From positions 37,323,731 through 37,387,730 of the forward strand of contig NC_083404.1 of assembly GCF_020745735.1 (NCBI RefSeq): a stretch of DNA of 64,000 bases. The letters run 5' to 3'. The position numbers and the translations under genes are program-made. How positions within the stretch are numbered: position 1 is the first letter of the stretch; the number at the start of each line of letters is the position of its first letter. Below, in pieces: positions 23,901-35,350 of this stretch. The stretch is from Hemiscyllium ocellatum (lineage: Eukaryota). The notes under the pieces were generated by a model that was given only the letters and a program-made list of their open reading frames with translations, did not search any database and was not told the origin of the DNA.

Positions 23901-26900
23901 CTTTCTAACAAATTCCATCCAGATCCACATTTGAAGCAGTAGATAATTCATTTGATTAAAAGTTAAATTAATCCACCTCACATCTGTGAAATGTATCTGT
24001 CATCTGACCCAGGAGTGTAATTCTTTAAGAATATATATATCCTGTTCTGCAATGGATCCTATTCATTCAATCATGTGCTGAGGACAAGTTTTCCAAAGTT
24101 TCACTTTGTTGGCCAAATTTAGATAAAAATGTGACAGAACCTCATATGCTGTGTTGTGAGTTGCCTTTCTTGGGAAAACCAGCATTATTCTGACAGCTCA
24201 GAAACCACCTGCTCCAAACAGTTGGCCTTCTCTACCAGTGTCTATATTCCAAATGTTTACCTTTGCTTGGATTCACTATGTAAATAAAGTCGCCATAGTC
24301 TGAGAAGACAATAGGTCTGCTCTCTCGTTTAGAGAGAGCTGACTGGTGGTAGTTTAGCCCGAGGCTCACTGTGCCTCAGGCTAGGTGAGAAGAAATATAT
24401 ACCCCTTCAAGTCAACTTCACCCAGTTCTGGAATTGAATCAAAGTTAAGTGCACCATTCTGCATCACTAAGTAGTTTTCCAGTTAACAGCGCTAACAGAA
24501 ATAGTGATCAAGGGAAATGTTTGAAAACTGGTTGCAATTGCAATCAGCACACACAACTCAGCTGCTTCGCTATTGGTTCCATGAGAAGAACTGTGGAGGC
24601 TACATGGGAAAGAGTTATATTCCTCAAATTTTCTTTTTAATAAGGGAATACATTTTTGTTATATATCTGATCCCAATCCTGCAATTGCACTAATAGAGTC
24701 ATAGCGATGTACAGCATGGAAACAGACACTTTGGTCGATCTTGTCCATGTTGATCAGCTATCCTCAACTAACCTAGTCCCATTGCTAGCATATGGTCTGT
24801 ATTTCTCTGAACCATTCCTATTCATGTACCCATCCAGATACCTTTAAAATGTCATAATTGTACCAGCCTCAACCACTTCCTCCAACAATTTATTCAATAC
24901 ATTCACCATCTTCTGCATGAAAAAGTTAAATCATTTTCCTCTCACTTTAAACCTATGTACCCTCGTTTTGAACTCCCCTACCCTGGGAAAAAAGACCTTG
25001 GTTATTCACCTTATCCAGGCCCCTCATAATTTACAAAAACTTCTATAAGGTCACCCCTCAGCTTTCAACATTCCAGGGAAAACAGGTCCAGCCAGTTCAA
25101 CCTCTCCCTGTCACTCAAACACTCCAACCCTGCAACATCCTTGTAAATATTTTCTGAACCTTTTCAAGTTTCATGTCTTTCCTACAGGAGGGAGAACAGA
25201 ATTGAACACAGTATTCCAAAATTGTCCTGTACAATATTCCAGTGTCCTGTACAGCCACAACATAATATCCCAATGCCTATACTCAATGCACTGACCAATA
25301 TAGGCAAGCACACCGAATACCTATGTCATTCCCTGTCTACCTGTGACTCTACTTTCAAGTAAATGTGAATCTGCACCCCCAAAATGCACTACCTCGGTCC
25401 CTACCATTAAGTTTGCAAGTCCTGCTCTGATTTGCCTTACCAAAATACACCTCATATTTATCTAAATTAAACTTCATCTGCTACTCCTTGAACCATTTAA
25501 TCAAGGTCCTGTTATACTCTGAAATAACCTTCTTCACTGACAACTATTCCACCAATTTTGGTTTTATCTGCACAGTTATTTATTATAACTCCTACTTTCA
25601 CATTCGAATAATTTATATAAACCACAGAAAGCAATGGACACAGCACCAACCCTTGCAGTACATCACTGGTCACAGGCTTTCAGTCTGAAAAGCAACCCTC
25701 CAACACCTCCTCTGTCATTTATCTTCTTTTGTATCTAAATAGCTAGCTCTCCCTGAATTCCATGCGATCTAACTTTGCCAACCACTCTACATTGTTGAAT
25801 GCCTTGCTGAAGTCCACACAGGCAACATCTACTGCTCTGCTTTTATCAATCTTCTTTGTCCCTTCTTCAATACACTCAATCAAGTTATTGAGATGCAATT
25901 TCCCATGTATAAAGTCAAGTTAACTATCCCTAATCAGTCCTTGCCTTTTCAAATGCATGTAAATCCTAGACATCAGAGCCCCCTCCAAAAAAAACTGACC
26001 AACCACTGATGTCAGGCTAACCAGTTTTTATTTCCCTGACTTTCTTACCAATTTTATTAAATAATGGCATCACATTAGACAAACTCCAGTCTTCCGGCAC
26101 CTCCCTGGATGAAACAAATATCTCAGCAAAGGGTGCAGCAATCACTTCTGTAGCTTCCCACAATGTTCTGGGAGATACCTGATCAGGTCCCAGGGGTATA
26201 TCCACCTTCATGCATCTTAGGCCATCCAGGACCTCCTCCTCTGTAAAATAGACACACTTCAAGATATCACTGTTTATTTCTCCAAGTTGCCTAGCTTCTA
26301 TAGCCTTCTCCACAGTAGATAATGCTCCAAAATATTTGGTTAGTATCTCACATCTTCTGAGGCTTCTCACCTAGACGACCTTGTTGATCTTTAAGGAGCC
26401 TACATCTCTGTCTAGTTATTCTTTTGTCTTTAATGTATTTGTAGAATTTCTTTGGATTCTCCGGAGCCCTATTTGCCAAAGCTACCTCATATCCCCTTTT
26501 GCCCTCCTAATTTCCCTCATGAATAAACTCCTACTGCCCTTAAATTCCTTGAGGAATTCACTTGTTCCCTGTTGCCTGTACCTGACATATGCTTCCTTCT
26601 TACTCTTGACAAAACCTTCAATTTCTCTAGTCATTTAGCATTCCCTACGCCAACTTTGTCCTTCTCATTGACATGAACATATTGTCTCTGGACTCTTGTT
26701 ATCTCATTTCTAAAGGTCTCCCATTTACCTGCAAATAGCCTCTCCCAATCAATTTTTGCCAAACACTGTAAAAATTGGCCATACTCCAATTTAGAACTTT
26801 AACTTTTAGATCATGTTTATCCTTTTCCACAATTATTTTAAAACTAATAGAATTATGATCACTGGCCCCAAAGTACTCCCCCACTGATACCTCAATCACT

Positions 26901-27770
26901 TGCCCCGCCTACTTTCTAAGAGAAGGTCATGTTTTGTTCCTTGTCTAGTTGGCACACTCACATACTAAAATTAAAAAAAAATACTTGTACACACTTAAAT
27001 TCCTCTCCATCCAAGTCATTAACACCATGACAGTCCTATGTTTTTAAAGTTAAAGTCCTCTTTCATTACAATTATTATTCTTACAGATATTTGAGATCTC
27101 CTTACAAATTTGCTTCTCAATTTTCCACTGACAGTTGGGGGTGGGGGGTTTGGAGGGCTATATTACAATGCCAGTAAGATGATCATCTCTTTCTTATTTT
27201 GCAGTTCCACCCAAATAACTCCAAGGAATCTCTTCCCTAAGTACAATCATAATATTATCTCTAATCAATAATGTGACTCCTCCTTCTCGCTTGCCCACTT
27301 TCTATCTTTCCTACAGCATATAAAGCCTGGAACATTATGCTGCCAGTCATAGAGTCATACAGATTGGAAATAGATCCTTTGGCCCAACCATAATCCCAAA
27401 CTAAACTACTCCCACCTGCTGTGCTCGGCCAATATCCCTCCAAACCTTTTTTTTTAATTCATGTACTTATCCAAATGTCTTTTTTAACATTATAATTTTA
27501 CCCGCATCCATCAGTTCCTCTGGAAGGTCATTCCACACACGAACCACTCTCTGTGTGAAAAAAAAGTTGCTTGTCACCTCTCTTTACAGCCGTTCACCTT
27601 AAAAATATACCATCTAGTTTTGAAGTTACTCACTATAGCGAAAAGACAGCTGCCATTCTCCTTGTGTATACCCCAGAATAAGCTGAGCTTTTCTGTTGAT
27701 AGCTGACACGAATAGAACGGTCCAAATGGTTTCTTACTATAACTTGATGGTTCGAATGGCTGAGTGTCAT

Positions 27771-27850
27771 ACTTACTGTGGGAAAGCATTAGCAGAACAA
27801 TCAGACATGGGGCAGCAATGATAATTAGGCTGCATTCGCTTTGTTAAGCT
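27771..27850 (-). pseudogene. Orphan family-3 leader exon relic, duplicate in unit B
   Basis: Near-identical to 11549-11630; donor at 27771-27776. Confidence 0.75.
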
Positions 27851-27947
27851 GGATGTTTAAATGGGAATTGATTCACATTCCAAATAGAGACAGTGAGCTG
27901 GCGGCTGTTGTGGCACAGTGATACTGACCCTATCTCTGAGTTACGAG

Positions 27948-28424
27948 TTAAAAGTCACACAACACCAGGTTATAGTGCAACAGGTTTAATTGGAAGCACA
28001 CTAGCTTTCGGAGCGACGCTCCTTCATCAGGTGATAGTGGAGGGCTCAATCCTAACAGAATTTATAGCAAAAATTTACAGTGTGGTGTAACTGAAATTAT
28101 ACATTGAAACATTGATTGTCTGTTAAGCCTTTCATCTGTTAGAATACAGTGATAGTTTACACATGAAAGAAGTGAAAATATCACTGTATTCTAACAGATG
28201 AAAGGGTTTAACAAACAATCAATGTTTCAATGTATAATTTCAGTTACATCACACTGTAAATTTTTGCTATGAATTCTGTGTTAGGATTGAGCCCTCCACT
28301 ATCACCTGATGAAGGAGCGTCGGTCAGAAAGCTAGTGTGCTTCCAATTAAACCTGTTGGACTATAACCTGGTGTTGTGTGATTTTTAACTTTGTACACCC
28401 CAGTCCAACATCGGCATCTCCAAA
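27948..28424. mobile_element. Fold-back Penelope-like insertion, unit B copy
   Basis: Same structure as 11726-12194; TSD at 27935-27947 (one mismatch) and 28425-28437. Confidence 0.75.
27998..28034 (-). ncRNA. Minimal type I hammerhead ribozyme motif (best-preserved copy)
   Basis: CAC-CTGATGA-A-GGAGC GTC GCTCC-GAAA-GCTA-GTG: 3-bp stem I, 5-bp stem II, palindromic AGCT stem III, the architecture described for Penelope-associated hammerheads. Confidence 0.6.
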
Positions 28425-30862
28425 TCTGAGTTAGGAGGCCACTTACTCCAGAATTTCATACAATACCTCTGAACAGCTTGATTAGAAAATATCTAAAACC
28501 ATTCCGCCATTTACATGATGTGATTCGTCAGCTGGATCATTGCCCCACCACTACCAACACAATGTTATGTGTACGTGAGTTTTAAAATCTATGTGCTGTC
28601 AATTCTGGTAGTTTACCTGTATCTCCCCTATTTCGCACTTCCGAGGTCCTTCATATTTCTTCAATGCCCAACGACTATTTTCAATTTCTAGCAGAAATCT
28701 CGCGGATTTAAGCCCCATTTCAGTACATTATCCAAAGATGCATAGGGAGGGCTGCGCTGTAGGAGGTGTCCACTTTCGTTCGAGGCGTAAAAGGGAACTG
28801 TACCTGCCTTCTCAGATCAATTCAACCGATTCTGTGGAATTATTTAAAAGACACTTAAGCTCCATATAATGTGGTGGATCCCCTCGGCCTGGGTGGGGAA
28901 GGGGTGCAATACTTAATCCCTTAATCAGCATCACTAGACAGATTGGACATTTATCACATTGTTCTTTTTAAGTGCTTGTTGAACGGTAGGCGGTAGTGTG
29001 GGGAAAATAAATAGAAAAAGAAAATGAAAGAACAGGAGGGTCAGATATCCCGTCACTCTGACAGATGCTCCTGAGGGAGCTGGATCAGTGTAAAAGAGAG
29101 AGAAAAAAGTTTAAAAATCAGCTGTATTACTGTGGATCTGAAGTTACAATTAGGCCAGATCTGATAACGATGTCCTTCCTAAAGGGCCTACAGTGAACCA
29201 GACGCATTTCCCACCGACAATCGGCAACGGTTTCACAGTCATCCTTAGACACTTAATCCCAGATCATTTTTGAATTCAGTTTCACCATTTGAGCCTGGAT
29301 CCTCAGGACAATACGTAGCTGTCTGGATTAATAGTCAAGTGGTAACATCACTGGGCCATCGCCTGTCTTCACAGAGTATTTCATCGGCTGTACGATGCTT
29401 TGGGGGCGTTCCTAGGCTGGGAACTGTGCTAAAGAATTCCATATTCTTTGAATGTCAACAGGAGGGTGAGTCTTTAACATTTCCACTTCATTATCTCTAC
29501 ATCAAGTTGATGTTTTTGTGTGTCATCCGAGAACAGCAGTGGATATGACTATCGAGGGGTAGGAAAGAGCAGGTGATGTTAGCATTGGTGGCTATTTAAC
29601 CTTCTGGTCTGCCCATCTAGAGAGCCAGCTTCTGGCATGTTTTGCCCTTTCATTGTGAAACATTTGCTGCAAATTCGCTGCACGTGGTATTTTGGATTGG
29701 AGGAACTGTTGGCTTCAGCTACAGACGAAAGAATTCAGTAAAGGCGAGACCATTCGGCCGATTAGTTTTGTCCTTTCTGCTTCTCTGAAAGGCTCTCAAA
29801 TCAATAGCATCGCTTTGTCCCTGTATCCCTAACACATAGAAACATAGAAGATAAGAGCAGGAGTAGGCCATTCAACCCTCCAAGCCTGCTACGTTATTTA
29901 ATGTGATATTGGCTAATCATGGAGCTTCATTCTCCAACCCCCTCTGCCCCCCCGCCCTCCCCTCCCCAGTTCCAATATCCCTTGATCCCTTTATCAACAA
30001 CAGCCACATTGAGCTCCTTCTAGAAAACATTCAATGCTTGGACTCGACAACTTTCTGCAATAAGGAATTCTGCAGGTTCACAATTCTCTGGCTGAAGTAA
30101 TGTCGCCTCATCTCATTCCTAAAAGATCATTGGCTTATCTTATTCTTTAAACTGTGCCACCGGGTTCTGGAGTGGTTCCTCCACCACTCGAACGTCTTTC
30201 CTGCATCTAACGAATCTAATTCGGTTCGAATTTTATAAGCTTCTATGAGATTCCCACTCCTAATTTTAGAGAACACAACCCAAACAGACACATTCCCTGT
30301 TTATCCGTCAGTCTCGCCATTCCAGGAACTAATGTGGTGAGCCATCGCTACATTCCCTCCATAGCAACAACGTCCTCAGATAAGGAGACCAAAACTACAT
30401 CCAAAATTCCAGGTACGTCCTCACCAATTTCCTGGATAATTTCAAATCTTTGTCCAGCTTGCTTTCAGAAGTGTCTACTGGATTCCAATATCCTTTCAAG
30501 CATAAGTTCCCAAATTTCAATTTACTCCAAGCAAAACAGAAATATTATGTTGTACGTCTTTGTTCACTCAGCCCAGATCTCCGCAGTATAAACTCCACCC
30601 TCCCGCACAGGGGGAACAACACCGCAATATCGCCAGAGCGCATCCTGCTCTCCCCAAAGCCGCGAACTCCACAGTGAGTCGGCTCCCGGTGCTATCGCTC
30701 CAAGATCAGAAGAGGTAAGTTGATCAATTTGCTGGCTGGCGAATTCACGGATTCAGGCGGAAAAAGCTCAGACACAAATCCAGCTGTGGTGTTGTTGCTA
30801 CTTTACCCAACTAGGGGAGGAGTGTGTGGGTTTCTCTGATAGCTTAGCTTCGAATGGTTCAG

Positions 30863-30897
30863 TGTTTTTGTACATTGTGCTGATGCCTCGCAGTGTG
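30863..30897 (-). other. Abnormal RSS of V1b: CACACTG + 19 bp + ACAAAAACA
   Basis: Heptamer 30891-30897, spacer 30872-30890 (19 nt; 4-bp deletion relative to V1a), nonamer 30863-30871. Confidence 0.9.
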
Positions 30898-31338
30898 TAT
30901 ATATCCAGCACGCACAGTAATAGGTGGCCGTGTCCTCTTTCTGTAATTTTTCGATTCTGAGGGAGAATCCGTTTTTGTTAAAATTCCAAGCTTTGAACCG
31001 ATCACCAAATCCCGGATCCCGCGTTGTGCCTGATCCATAATAAAGGATTCGGGTGGGTGCCTGACCGGGTTTTTGCTGGTACCAGTGAAGGGGGTCATTG
31101 TCACTGACGGTTATTCCTTCGACTTCGCATTTGAATTGAGCGATTTTACCCACATTTTTGGTAATAGATGGGACAGTCTGTTTCAATGTTTGTGCAAAAT
31201 ATCCGCCTAAGGAAAGAATATACAGGGTTACAAATGACCGCTTGGTGGTTGCAAATGAACAACGATATCTGAATAATAGCGTCAGAAACACATACAGGGC
31301 AAAGCGGTTACCACAATGAGCCAGTAATACAGCGACAT
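30898..31338 (-). CDS. TRGV: TCR gamma V segment, family 1 copy b (open ORF, defective RSS spacer)
   Basis: Leader 31296-31338; 89-bp intron; V exon 30898-31206 ends YYCACWIY; 4 nt differences from V1a; RSS spacer is only 19 bp. Confidence 0.85.
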
Positions 31339-32910
31339 GTTCACTCGGTCTTCAACTGTTCTCTCAAGCAGCTGGATAGAAACTAAAAAGAAATGAATCG
31401 CTTCTTTCAAACCAATCAGTGAGACATTGGTCAGGGTTGAACCCCGCCCCCTGCCCTCCAGGTCGGTTATTTGCAATATAAACAGAAAATGTTGGAAATA
31501 CTCCAGCAGCAGCTGTGGAGAGAGAAACCGAGCTAACGTTTCAGAAACCTGAGCTGGAAAACGCTGAGATGTCGACAGGGTTTTTAACCCAGAGAGAAGG
31601 CAGGGAAATAGGGAAGGGGGAGGTATCAACCAAAGGGAAATCTGTGACCGGGTGGAGGATGGGAGAGTTAGATATCTCAACGGATAGCGGTGCAAGGGAA
31701 ACAGTGATAGTAATGGGAAGTAAAAGGTGGGTCCAGAGGATGTGGAAACAGCAACAGCAGAATCATGAGGTTTAATTGGATCCTGAACATCTGAGCATTT
31801 TAGGGGGTGGGAACTCCATTTTCGGCGCTTTCTGAAATCATCCCTGAGTGACCCGGCTCTAATTTTAAGATTTTGTCCAATCTTTCCGGATCTTCCCCAC
31901 CACAGAAATTTATTATTCTTTATATAACATCTCCCAGATCTTTCTCATTTCAAGTATATTTGAAATCGCAAGTTTTGGGAGCGCTGCTCCTTCGTCAGGT
32001 AAAAAGTCTGACCTCTGATTTTGTCCAACTCCGCCTCTTCCGCATCCTTTCCAGCCGCTCAATTAGATCGGCCCTTCACCATGTAAGCTGAAGGGCATGC
32101 CAGCCAAAATTGTTGAATCTGTCTTCATCACTTAACTCTCTTGGTTGTGAATGAATGAGACATTCTAGAATGTCTTTTTTTCTCTCAAGCTGTTGCAGTC
32201 GAGTATTGGACGAAATAACATCAGGTGCCTCCAGGTCCAGGTCAACGACCCCTTATTGAGCCAACACTGGGTAAGTTTACGCCAAAAAAGACTCCGAGGT
32301 CGCACTCAAGCTCAACGAGAATTAATTGGATATTTATGCATTCTGTCACGTAGACAGTACAGTGCTCGAATTCATCAATAACCTGTTTTAGAAAAACACA
32401 TTGTTACTGTACATTCCAAAAGTGACAGTCCCACACCCCTCCCGATCGTCCCAGGTGCCATCCCATCTCCTCTCCGAAACCGGTGCTACATTCCAATCCT
32501 TGACTAAAACGGAGGCAAAAGCAAAACTCTCTGGAAAGCTCTCAGCAGGGAGCCTTCCTCAGAAATCAGTTCTCGGAACAGCAAGGGTCACTCCACACGA
32601 AACGTTAACTCGGATTTCTCTCCGCTGATGCGCCCAGACCTGCTGAGCGTTTCCCGGTAATTTGATTTTGGTTTTGATTTGCAGCATTCGCTGTTCTTTC
32701 GGTTTTTATTGTGTTAATTGCCCCCTCACAAGTCAAAATAAAAAGGCAGCTTCAAATACACATCCGCCGACATATATTTAGCCTCGCATTGAATTTTTTT
32801 AACAATGTATTCTTTGAGACACATTGGGACGATTTAGTATGTTAACGGCGCTTTATAAATAGGAGTTAATGTTTGTGTGGTGGCGGAGGGAGGAGCGATC
32901 TGAAGCGCCG

Positions 32911-32949
32911 TGTTTTTGTTAAGCATTTCTGCCTCTGTTGAACACTGTG
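32911..32949 (-). other. 23-RSS of V2b: CACAGTG + 23 bp + ACAAAAACA
   Basis: Heptamer 32943-32949, spacer 32920-32942, nonamer 32911-32919. Confidence 0.93.
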
Positions 32950-33357
32950 CTATCCCAATAGGCGCAGTAATAAGTGGCAGCATCTTCCTTCACGATGTCA
33001 TTGATTATCAAAGTGCACACAGTGTTCTGCTTATCCGCTTTAAACCTGCTGCCGAATCCCGGATCCCGATTGACCTTGTTCTCATAATAAAGTATTCTGG
33101 AGGGCGCCTGACCCTCTCGGTGCTGGTACCAATGGACTATAGTGCTCCCGCTGTCTACGGTACACTTAAATCTGACACTTTTACCGAGCTTGCTCACATA
33201 TGACATCGGTGTCTGTGAGAAACATTCACCCAAACGCCCATCTGAAAAAAAAGAACAAAATTCGATTGAAAACGATGATGAATGGTGGACTAACATGACG
33301 TCTAAATAAATATAAGTACGTACAAGATAGAACTAGCGCCACAATCACCCGGAACAT
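32950..33357 (-). CDS. TRGV: TCR gamma V segment, family 2 copy b (apparently functional)
   Basis: Leader 33324-33357 (donor GTACGT); 82-bp intron; V exon 32950-33241 encodes ECFSQTPMSYVSKLGKSVRFKCTV...VHWYQHREGQAPSRILYY...EDAATYYCAYWD; canonical RSS. Confidence 0.88.
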
Positions 33358-34456
33358 TGTGCAGGGACCGGCTCGCTCTGTACTCTGTTCCTGCTGCTCA
33401 GGGTTATGACAATAAATGAGGCAAGGTGTCTTCCGTTCCCCTCCTCAAAGGCGGGAATTTCCTTGCTCAGCATAAATTGAACCCCCCAGTTGAGTCTTTC
33501 GTTTATAAAACGTGAGAAGACTTATTCTCCGCCTCTTTTACCGTTTCTCGTTTGTTTCTTTTGATTTCACAGTCACCGGAAGTGTTAATTCAAAATTCAA
33601 TTTAAGATTGTAACTGAAGCGGCTCCGAGTTAACCTGTTCGCTCAAGCCATGCTGAGAGATGGGAGCCGGCAGAATTGGTGGAGGGGCAGAGGGATGTGG
33701 GAACAGAGTGAGTGGGGGCGAAGAGTGAAACAGACACAACGGGGGCAAAACGATCAAATTTAACAGTGAATTCGCTCCACTCTCTCAAAGGGTAGATTCC
33801 AAATACATTATCAAAGAAATATCTGCTCTGAAGTCCGGATTAGCTGAATTAAAGCTATTGTTTATGATCCCGTTGATCCCGAAAGAAAGCATCCCCAACA
33901 AAGATCTATATTCGGGGTACAAGTGGTTATGTTATTGAATTTACTGAATTCATCATCTAATGGTTTAATGACCTGGAAGTATGAGATGAAATTCCATCAC
34001 TGAGCCTGAATTTTAAATTCTGACAGTTATGCCCAGTTTTAAAAGCAGCAACAGCAAAAAACCGATTGAAGAGATTGTCGTTAAAAGAAATACCCTTCCC
34101 GGGGTGAAGTCTGCCCTCATTACCGAGTCTGGCCTGTATGTGATTCCGGATCCACAATAATTGCTGCCCGAGGAAAAGCCCAACAGCTACTCGAAATGAA
34201 ACAGTGTCACACCACCCTGAGAGTACCGGCATCACAGACCGTCCCTTCGAGGATTATCATCACCACGTTCCGCTGGACAATTCAAAGCAGCCTCGTCAGT
34301 TTGACTGAATTTAACAAAAACAAATTCCAACTGACTGAGTCTGAGTTCTGGAAAGTATATAATTGAGATGATCTGATAATGCTATGCACACTTTGGAACT
34401 GTCTTACCGTCCGCACCACCCTGTGTGTGAAATAGTTGCTGCTTACATCCCTTTAA

Positions 34457-35350
34457 AATATTTCCCCTCGCATCTCGGGGGAGGGAGGAAGAGAGGAAGG
34501 GGTTGGGGGAAGGGGGCTGAGAAATTAACAGGAGGGGGTGAGGCTGGAGGAAAGTAACTTGGAAGGTGATAGGTGCAGATGGGGTTGGTGGTGATAGGAG
34601 CAGAGGGTGGAAGGGAGAGGGGAGAAGCAAGATGCACAGGTGGATAGTTCAAGAGGTCAGTGTTGAGGTTGGGGGATTGAATATGGGATGAATTGGGGGG
34701 AGGAGAGATGAAGAAACTGGTGAAATTGACATTGATGCCATGTGATTGGAAGGTTTCAAGGCAGAAGGTGGGGTATACTTCCTCCAGGTGACAGGTGGCT
34801 AGGATTTGGTGGTGAAGGAGGCCCAGGACTTGAATATTCTTGGCAGAGTGGGAGGAGGTGTTGAAGTGGTCGGCTACACGATGGTGGGATTGTTTGATGC
34901 TCATGTCCCAGAGATGTTCTCTGAAACCTTTTGTGATTGGCATCCTGTCCTCCCAATGTAAAGGAGAGCATGTCAAGAGCAATGGACACAGTAGATGAGG
35001 TGTTTGGATGTGCAGGAAAATCTCTGCCAGATGTGGAAGGATCCTTTGGGGCCTTGAATGGAGGTGGGGGCTGGGTGTGGACATAGGTTTCACATATCTT
35101 GTGGTAACAAGGGAAGGTGCTGGATGTGGAATATGGGTTGGTGGGAGGCATGGACCGAATGAGGGAGTCAAAGAGAAATGGTCTCAGCAGAATGTCGACA
35201 GGGGTAGGGAGAGAAATATATCTCTGTTGGTGGAGTCTCCTACTTTGAGGACAGCAATTTTCCCTCCCATGTGGTCAATGATGCCCTCCACCACAACTCC
35301 TCCACTTTCTGTACCTCCACTCTTGAACCCCACTCTTCCAATCCCTTGGT
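34457..35350 (-). mobile_element. Penelope-like element fragment (GIY-YIG endonuclease region and tail) with an inverted 5' piece
   Basis: Minus-strand translation gives LIYCVHC..LYIG and FREHLWD...VADHFNTSSHS...GINVNFTSF; 35229-35350 is a plus-strand upstream piece; homologous to 1-395. Confidence 0.75.

Larger units (their letters stand above)
18984..34456 (+). repeat. Tandem segmental duplication, unit B (15,468-bp period)
   Basis: Shorter than A by the L1 insertion (1,724 bp), about 556 bp and 219 bp; TTTAA lies at both ends. Confidence 0.95.

Noticed and set aside
34470-34720. G-rich polypurine tract as a dedicated switch-like or G4 element
   Set aside because: It is the reverse complement of the pyrimidine-rich tail of the adjacent Penelope-like element.
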